Source: Euryarchaeota archaeon UBA171 (GTDB lineage: Archaea; Thermoplasmatota; Poseidoniia; Poseidoniales; Thalassarchaeaceae). From it: a stretch of 51,774 nucleotides of DNA. Below the pieces are notes generated by a model. That model saw only the letters and a list, made by a program, of their open reading frames with translations, was not told where the DNA came from and searched no databases. This document shows positions 45,981 to 51,774 of this stretch, in pieces. Every line of letters starts with the position of its first letter. Position 1 is the first letter of the stretch. The stretch covers positions 4,438 to 56,211 of the forward strand of contig DANO01000027.1 in assembly GCA_002497295.1 (NCBI GenBank). Reading direction: 5' to 3'. The position numbers and the translations under genes were made by a program.

Positions 45981-47770
45981 GCAGCTCATCAGATCAGTTC
46001 AGCGGCCGATTAGGACTGATATTCGCCACGATAGGCGCTGCGATAGGGACAGGCAACATATGGCGATTCCCTCGAATGGTCGGCGCTAACGGCGGCGGCT
46101 CATTCCTAGTCCCGTGGGTAATCTTCCTCTTCCTGTGGTCCATCCCGCTGGTCATCGCCGAGTTCGCCCTCGGCAAGCGATCGAGGACCGGCACCGTGGG
46201 GACATTCAGAATTTTCAATGGCCCAAAATTTGCATGGATGGGGCTATGGACTGCATGGATATCCACAGCCATAGGATTCTACTACGCCGTAGTGACCGGT
46301 TGGTGTATCAATTATTTTCAGACCGCTGTTCGGGGCGGGTTAGGATCAGATGTGGACACAACTGAGGTTTGGAACACCTTCCTGCAAGATCCGTCCCAGG
46401 TGATTTTGTTCCAAACTCTTGCCGTGCTAATCACAATGGCAGCGATATGGAAAGGCGCAAAGGCCATCGAGAAGGTCAATGTGATTCTGATGGTCTCTTT
46501 GTTCATTCTTCTATTCTCAGCGTTGTTCCTTGCTTTCATCATGGATCTTAATGATGGCACGCTCGATGGATTCGTATACATGTTCAGCATACAGCCAGAG
46601 TATCTTTTGGAACCAGAGACCTGGATAAATGGGCTGTCGCAATCCGCATGGTCCTGCTCGGCAGGAATGGGGATGGCCATCACATACTCGGTGTACATGA
46701 GGAAGGACGAGGACACAACCCTGAATGCAGCCACCATGTGCCTCGCAAACAATAGCATCTCGATCATAGCCGGATTAACCGTCATGATGGCCGTCTTTTC
46801 CGTTGTCGACGACCCCTTGTCTGCAGTGAGTGGAGGCAGCAGCGCAATCACTTTCCTCGTGCTCCCAGAGGTTTTCGCACAGGCCCCCGGGGGACCCGCA
46901 CTCCAGCTCGCGATGGTTGCAATGTTCTTCCTCGCACTTTCATTCGCCGCGTTGACCTCGATGATATCGACTGTAGAGCTATGCGTTCGCAACTTCGTGG
47001 ATCACGGGGTGAATAGGGAGAAGGCCGTCGGCCTAACCAGCATCGCAATATTCCTCTTCGGGATCCCCAGTGCTGCCACCTGGATATTGGTGGACGAGTC
47101 CACAGGCGTTGCCTTCCCTCAGTTCCTTGAGGTACAAGACCACATCTGGGGATACGGGCTGATGTTCAGCGGCCTCTTCATTGCATACGCTATCTGGAAG
47201 TATGGATGGTCCAGATACAAGGTATGGCAAACGGAAAATGGGATCGAGGGCTTCTCTATGCGTGACTACCTAGATCACGGAGTCTCTTCATTCAGAGACG
47301 ACTTCATCAACACGGGCGACAACGATTGGTGGATAGGCAAATGGTGGGACTACATCATGTATCTCGGATTCCCGATAATGTTCGTGATACTCATGGGCAC
47401 GTTCTTCGTGGACATGCTAGTGACCGTCGAAGATCCCTGGAATCCGACAAATCCGAAAGGCATCACGATAATCCTCATCTTCTGGGGCATAACTGCGTTC
47501 TTGTTCATCAGCATGAACCGGCTCATGCTCGTCAACAGGGTCGTACCGACCGGGAAGTCTGGATTCCCCATGTGCCTCTTATCCGGCGAATACGTTCTCG
47601 AACCGAGGCCACTGTTCAGAAATGTCCCAGAGGGGGCAGACGTGCCGATCGATACGCTACCCGGCGGGGAAGACCCCTTCATCCTCAAGGTGGGCGATCC
47701 GATACCCGAGATTGAGAATCAGCCATTTGCCGTCTCTGGCGGCTCTGTGATGGACGCTGAAATCGTATGA
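45977..47770 (+). CDS. Sodium-dependent transporter (NSS/SNF family)
   Basis: GAAIGTGNIWRFP, NGGGSF, FYYAVVTGW, FAALTSMIS; ATGA overlap with the peptidase. Confidence 0.92.
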   Translation: MSSSSDQFSGRLGLIFATIGAAIGTGNIWRFPRMVGANGGGSFLVPWVIFLFLWSIPLVIAEFALGKRSRTGTVGTFRIFNGPKFAWMGLWTAWISTAIGFYYAVVTGWCINYFQTAVRGGLGSDVDTTEVWNTFLQDPSQVILFQTLAVLITMAAIWKGAKAIEKVNVILMVSLFILLFSALFLAFIMDLNDGTLDGFVYMFSIQPEYLLEPETWINGLSQSAWSCSAGMGMAITYSVYMRKDEDTTLNAATMCLANNSISIIAGLTVMMAVFSVVDDPLSAVSGGSSAITFLVLPEVFAQAPGGPALQLAMVAMFFLALSFAALTSMISTVELCVRNFVDHGVNREKAVGLTSIAIFLFGIPSAATWILVDESTGVAFPQFLEVQDHIWGYGLMFSGLFIAYAIWKYGWSRYKVWQTENGIEGFSMRDYLDHGVSSFRDDFINTGDNDWWIGKWWDYIMYLGFPIMFVILMGTFFVDMLVTVEDPWNPTNPKGITIILIFWGITAFLFISMNRLMLVNRVVPTGKSGFPMCLLSGEYVLEPRPLFRNVPEGADVPIDTLPGGEDPFILKVGDPIPEIENQPFAVSGGSVMDAEIV

Positions 47771-48249
47771 AAGACCATCAACGAGAGAATTACAATTTAC
47801 GTACACTTGTGGTCGAGTACGCGTATTTTTGTGCCATTGGAACATTGAATGTTCTCATCTTCTTCGCCATGTACTACGTTGCCTACTCTCTGATCGAAAC
47901 ATCAAACGAATACCGTGCTGCGATTGCATGGTCACCATCATACCTCATTAGCTCAATAATCTCCCACTCTATGCACAGGTGGTTCACATTCCGTTCGACT
48001 TCGCCGTATGGCCGCAGCCTCGCCCTCACAATGGCTGTATACACGATTCTACTGATCATCTCCACATTTTCACAGGCTATTTTAGCAGACAGGATGGGTT
48101 TTGACCATCTTGCTGTCTGGGCCTTGAATACAGCCGCATTCGGCTTCCTCTCATTCGTTGCATTGAGATTCATCGCGTTCCCGATGTCCGATGGAACTAT
48201 TTCAGTCCGCGAACGCATGGAGATTGTCAAGTTGGGCCGTAGGTCTTGA
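47767..48249 (+). CDS. GtrA family membrane protein
   Basis: 4 TM; FCAIGTLN, SHSMHRWFTFRS, FVALRFIAF pattern. Confidence 0.78.
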   Translation: MKDHQRENYNLRTLVVEYAYFCAIGTLNVLIFFAMYYVAYSLIETSNEYRAAIAWSPSYLISSIISHSMHRWFTFRSTSPYGRSLALTMAVYTILLIISTFSQAILADRMGFDHLAVWALNTAAFGFLSFVALRFIAFPMSDGTISVRERMEIVKLGRRS

Positions 48250-48250
48250 A

Positions 48251-49531
48251 GTGCATTCGCAAACAGCGACCGACGTGTCTGGCGGCGTGCGGGGGACTCG
48301 CGACTTCTATCCGGAAGAGATGAGACTCAGAAATTGGCTATTCGAACACTTCCACGCCGCTGCCCGGTCTCATGGCTTCGAAGAATACGATTCACCAGTC
48401 CTCGAGAGCGAGGAACTCTACACAAGAAAGGCAGGCGAAGAGATCACAGCACAGCTGTATAACTTCGAAGATAAGGGCGGCAGACGCGTAGCCCTCAGGC
48501 CTGAGATGACGCCTTCCTTGGCGCGGATGGTCATGGCCAAATCAGGAACACTCCCCACTCCCATCAAGTGGTATTCCATCCCGCAGTGCTGGCGATATGA
48601 GAGAACCCAAAGGGGTCGTGGAAGGGAGCATTACCAGTGGAATGTGGACATATGGGGTATGCATGGTGTTGAGGCGGACGCCGAGTTGCTCTCGGTGCTA
48701 GTGCACTTCTTCCGAGCCGTTGGCCTCAAATCCGACGACCTCGTAATACGAGTAAGCAATAGGAAAGTCCTCGAGGAGGTCTTGGGGGCCCTTGGAATCG
48801 AGGGGGAGACCTTCTCCAAGACATGTATCGTTATCGACAAGATGGACAAACTCTCCTCTGAAGCCATAGAGCAGCAACTCGCAGATTTAGGTCACGATCA
48901 TGATTCGATAGCCAGGATAAGGAAAGTCCTCGGGATGAAAGATCTAGAAGATCTCAGTACTGAGTTGGATAGCGAAAGTCAGGCAGTAAAGGAACTTCAA
49001 GACCTATTCGCCCTGTGCGAATCTTACGGAATAACGAGCTGGCTGAGTTTTGATGCATCTGTTGTCAGGGGTCTCGCATACTACACGGGATCCGTGTTCG
49101 AGGCCCATGACAGGGATGGCGAACTCCGAGCAATATGCGGGGGAGGCAGGTATGACCGGCTGCTGTCAACATTGGGAGGCAAGGACCTACCAGCCACAGG
49201 TTTTGGATTCGGCGATATGGTAATCATGGAACTCCTCTCAGTCAAGGGCCTGATACCGAATCTGCCCAGTGGGAATGAGGACATAGTAATCCCTCTGGAC
49301 AAGGGTCTGAGGCCCGCAGCCATGACGGTCGCATCCAGGCTCAGAGCGTCTGGAAGATCCGTAGATCTGGTTCTGGATGACAAGAGGATGAAATGGGCAT
49401 TCAGGCATGCTGAGAGAACAGGTGCCCAGAGGCTCGTCATGGTCATGCCAGAAGAATGGCAGGCTGGAAAGGTCAGAATCAAGAATCTAGAAACCGGCGA
49501 AGAGTCCGATTTAGATGCAGAGTCTCTGTGA
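48251..49531 (+). CDS. hisS: Histidine--tRNA ligase
   Basis: RGTRDFYP, LRPEMT, WRYERTQRGRGREHYQ, VRGLAYYTG, GGGRYD. Start uncertain. Confidence 0.95.
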   Translation: MHSQTATDVSGGVRGTRDFYPEEMRLRNWLFEHFHAAARSHGFEEYDSPVLESEELYTRKAGEEITAQLYNFEDKGGRRVALRPEMTPSLARMVMAKSGTLPTPIKWYSIPQCWRYERTQRGRGREHYQWNVDIWGMHGVEADAELLSVLVHFFRAVGLKSDDLVIRVSNRKVLEEVLGALGIEGETFSKTCIVIDKMDKLSSEAIEQQLADLGHDHDSIARIRKVLGMKDLEDLSTELDSESQAVKELQDLFALCESYGITSWLSFDASVVRGLAYYTGSVFEAHDRDGELRAICGGGRYDRLLSTLGGKDLPATGFGFGDMVIMELLSVKGLIPNLPSGNEDIVIPLDKGLRPAAMTVASRLRASGRSVDLVLDDKRMKWAFRHAERTGAQRLVMVMPEEWQAGKVRIKNLETGEESDLDAESL

Positions 49532-49537
49532 TCCGCA

Positions 49538-50338
49538 TCAGCCTTCGCGGTAGAACCTGCTAGCCGCCACCGCTCCGATTGCAAGTGACCCTACCCCTGC
49601 AAGAAGCCCAAATCCGGGCAATAAGCCACTGTCTCCCGTGGATGGCGGACCATCATCGCCACCGACGGCGATTGGGTCGGAGGCGTTGATGACGGGGAAG
49701 AGGACCTCGGTGTTCAATCCGTCTTGATTCTCAGAGTAGTACAATCTGAAAGCGCCTGAACAGTCAATGAGAACGCCACACCCAAGTCCAGCAGGATTCG
49801 GCTTCGAATATTCAAATTGCAATTGAGGCTCCTCGAAACTCTTGTTCCAACGAGTCATATTTTCTGCTACGGGGATTTCCCAGATTATCTGATTGTCTTC
49901 GTATGTGTTAGTGGCAAACTCATTCTGCGCAACAATTGTACTGCCTTTCATGAGCGATATTCGTAACTCTTGACATTCGGCGGTATCGCTGCAATCTCCT
50001 GAAACAACATAAATTCCTACATCAATTCTTATTGTTCCATTCGGATTGAGATACATATCCGCCTTGAATGACTCAGACATCGCGCAGTTGAAGTTGACAT
50101 CCACCTGTTGGTTCTGGGCGAATTCCTTCTCTCCGTAGCCATCTACTGCAGAGGTGGTCTCGTTCCTATCGAAATGGGTCCAGCACTGCCCTATGTTGTC
50201 GGTCCCCCAGATGTGCATGTGGGGATTCTCCACAGAGGGCTGCTTCGCATCCGCCGCCTGCGCAGAGGCAGGCGCGCCTGTGACTGCGATCAGCATGACC
50301 GCAAGCAAGGTAAATGCGGAGATCTTCTTACCAATCAT
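49538..50338 (-). CDS. Secreted surface protein with PGF-CTERM-like sorting signal
   Basis: Signal peptide (IGKK-hydrophobic-ASA); Cys pairs; C-terminal LPGF + TM + basic residues (LLPGFGLLAGVGSLAIGAVAASRFYREG). Confidence 0.75.
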   Translation of the reverse strand: MIGKKISAFTLLAVMLIAVTGAPASAQAADAKQPSVENPHMHIWGTDNIGQCWTHFDRNETTSAVDGYGEKEFAQNQQVDVNFNCAMSESFKADMYLNPNGTIRIDVGIYVVSGDCSDTAECQELRISLMKGSTIVAQNEFATNTYEDNQIIWEIPVAENMTRWNKSFEEPQLQFEYSKPNPAGLGCGVLIDCSGAFRLYYSENQDGLNTEVLFPVINASDPIAVGGDDGPPSTGDSGLLPGFGLLAGVGSLAIGAVAASRFYREG

Positions 50339-50389
50339 GACAGTCTTGTCGGTATCCTCGTGTTTCAATCTATGGGGGTCCCGTGCGCC

Positions 50390-51505
50390 CTAACCGTCAA
50401 ATCTGTGCAGTCCGTCCTCATCCCGAGCACTCTTTCGAGCTATGTTGAGCGCATCCCCGAGGAGATCCGCGGCCATCGAGCCTCCCGAGAGTCTGTCGCC
50501 CGCCACTCCAGTGATTATCGACATCACCTTGATGGTGTCTCCGAAGGCGGGGTCCTGCCGGGCGCCGAATATCACCTGGGCATCTGGAGCGAGCTTCGCC
50601 GTCATCAGCTCGACAACCTGATTGGCCTGTTCTAGCGTCATGTACGAGCCGCCAGTCACATGAATAAGCGCACCTGTCGCTCCCTCGATGTCGACATCGA
50701 GAAGAGGGTGATTCATGGCCTCGTGGACGACTTCCTCTGGCCCCTTGTCGCTCTCCCCGTAGAGCATCATCGTCACCCCTCCCCCCTTCATGATGGACCG
50801 GACATCAGCGAAGTCCAGATTTATCAGGCTCGGAACGGTGATTGTCTCGACTATGCCCTTGATTATCTCGGCGATCAGCTGATCCATGATGCTGAAGGCC
50901 TCTTCCAGGGGTAGATTGGGAACGAACTGGAGGAGCCGGTTGTTGTCCAAGACGAGGACCGCATCTGCAGCGCCTCGGAGAAGGTCAAGACCCTCCAAAG
51001 CACGCTGCATCCGCATCTTCCTCTCAACTGCGAATGGCGTTGTGACGATCGCCACCACGAGAGCACCCACTCTCTTGGCCTCCGCTGCTACCACGGGCGC
51101 TATGCCGGTCCCAGTCCCCCCTCCGAGGCCAGCAGTCACGAATACAAGATCTGCTCCATTCACAATCTGAGTTATGACGCCCCTGCCTGCCTCAGCAGCC
51201 TTACGGCCCATGTGGGGGTCGCCCCCAGCCCCTAGCCCTCTTGTGATGTGCCTCCCAACGAGTAGCTTCTGTTGTGCTCGAGTATTGTCTAGATGCTGCT
51301 TATCCGTGTTTATAGCTACGGTTATCGCTCCTTCCACTCCTATGTGCGTAATCCGATTCATTGTGTTGTTGCCCGATCCACCGCACCCGCAAACAAGGAT
51401 GCGCGGGTCGGGTGGCCCGAAGCTCTCGAGCTGCTCATCTGTGAGAGCGGTGGATGAGCCTGGTTGGCTCATGGCCCCCCAAGCTGGCGCATTACCTATC
51501 GTCAT
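50390..51505 (-). CDS. ftsZ: Cell division protein FtsZ (archaeal FtsZ2-like)
   Basis: [38 protein letters not shown]; GGAGG SD upstream of ATG 51505. Confidence 0.95.
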   Translation of the reverse strand: MTIGNAPAWGAMSQPGSSTALTDEQLESFGPPDPRILVCGCGGSGNNTMNRITHIGVEGAITVAINTDKQHLDNTRAQQKLLVGRHITRGLGAGGDPHMGRKAAEAGRGVITQIVNGADLVFVTAGLGGGTGTGIAPVVAAEAKRVGALVVAIVTTPFAVERKMRMQRALEGLDLLRGAADAVLVLDNNRLLQFVPNLPLEEAFSIMDQLIAEIIKGIVETITVPSLINLDFADVRSIMKGGGVTMMLYGESDKGPEEVVHEAMNHPLLDVDIEGATGALIHVTGGSYMTLEQANQVVELMTAKLAPDAQVIFGARQDPAFGDTIKVMSIITGVAGDRLSGGSMAADLLGDALNIARKSARDEDGLHRFDG

Positions 51506-51671
51506 GTATTGGCCTCCATCCCAAATGGATGCGGGCAATCGATTTCTTGGCCTTCTTAATGATTGAGGGAGGCAAGATGCCCACAGGGTCGATTATCGCC
51601 CATCTTGATGCAAGCCGAAGTGACTACTTCCCGGAAACGGACATAAGTCTCCTGCTTGCCGCTTGGACCAG

Positions 51672-51774
51672 CCGCGCTTAGCTCAGTTGGCTAGAGCACC
51701 TGACTGTAGACTGGAAACACATGGTTGTAGGCAGCCATCAGGGGGTCCCCGGTTCAAGTCCGGGAGCGCGGACC
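51672..51774 (+). tRNA. tRNA-Tyr(GTA) with 27-nt intron at 37/38 (51710-51736); terminal CC(A) cut by window end
   Basis: CCGCGCT/AGCGCGG acceptor stem (C1-G72, A73); CCTGA CT GTA G[intron]A TCAGG; T arm CCCGG TTCAAGT CCGGG; canonical bulge-helix-bulge. Confidence 0.95.

Noticed and set aside
46318-46992. Long antisense ORFs (also 29109-29657, 40913-41539, 42791-43354)
   Set aside because: They lie opposite stronger gene calls and show no recognisable motifs.
43800-51774. Apparent rise in GC content toward the right end as a foreign island
   Set aside because: Impression only, not computed; the region includes core genes (hisS, ftsZ, tRNA), so codon bias is the simpler explanation.

Overview
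Gene-dense archaeal chromosome segment. Archaeal markers: pus10-rpl21e-rpo4-DUF655-rsmA cluster, a BHB-intron tRNA-Tyr, an FtsZ2-type ftsZ and a PGF-CTERM-like protein. Together with many bacterial-type genes and acidic secreted proteins, this points to a marine Thermoplasmatota, most likely Marine Group II (Ca. Poseidoniales); that assignment is inference. I call 52 CDS and 2 tRNAs (Thr-CGT, intron-containing Tyr-GTA), and see no CRISPR array, integrase or transposase. Left end: a Zn/Mn ABC importer whose binding protein has His/Asp-rich tracts and a Cys-His-Trp repeat module, plus an unannotated 32-aa membrane ORF. The most notable region (about 4.9-26.2 kb) looks like a light/oxidative-stress neighbourhood. 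It holds two MMPL transporters, an SRPBCC-TIGR01777 epimerase, a class II photolyase, ribA, an atypical peroxiredoxin coupled to a TrmB/V4R-like regulator, an ABC1 kinase-pdxH-SDR-flavoprotein operon, mutY, a Rieske protein, and a crtB-crtI-thioredoxin lipoprotein-ABA4-like operon. Five of its transcription units share a (T/C)TCATA hexamer about 30 nt upstream of the start codon. The right half is mostly housekeeping, with an HhH-extended eL21, an unknown HhH/Zn-ribbon protein behind a possible structured leader, a pseudokinase-like membrane protein and a carboxypeptidase-symporter operon. All product calls come from motif recognition by eye; no searches were run. Several start codons were moved downstream of the ORF-track starts.
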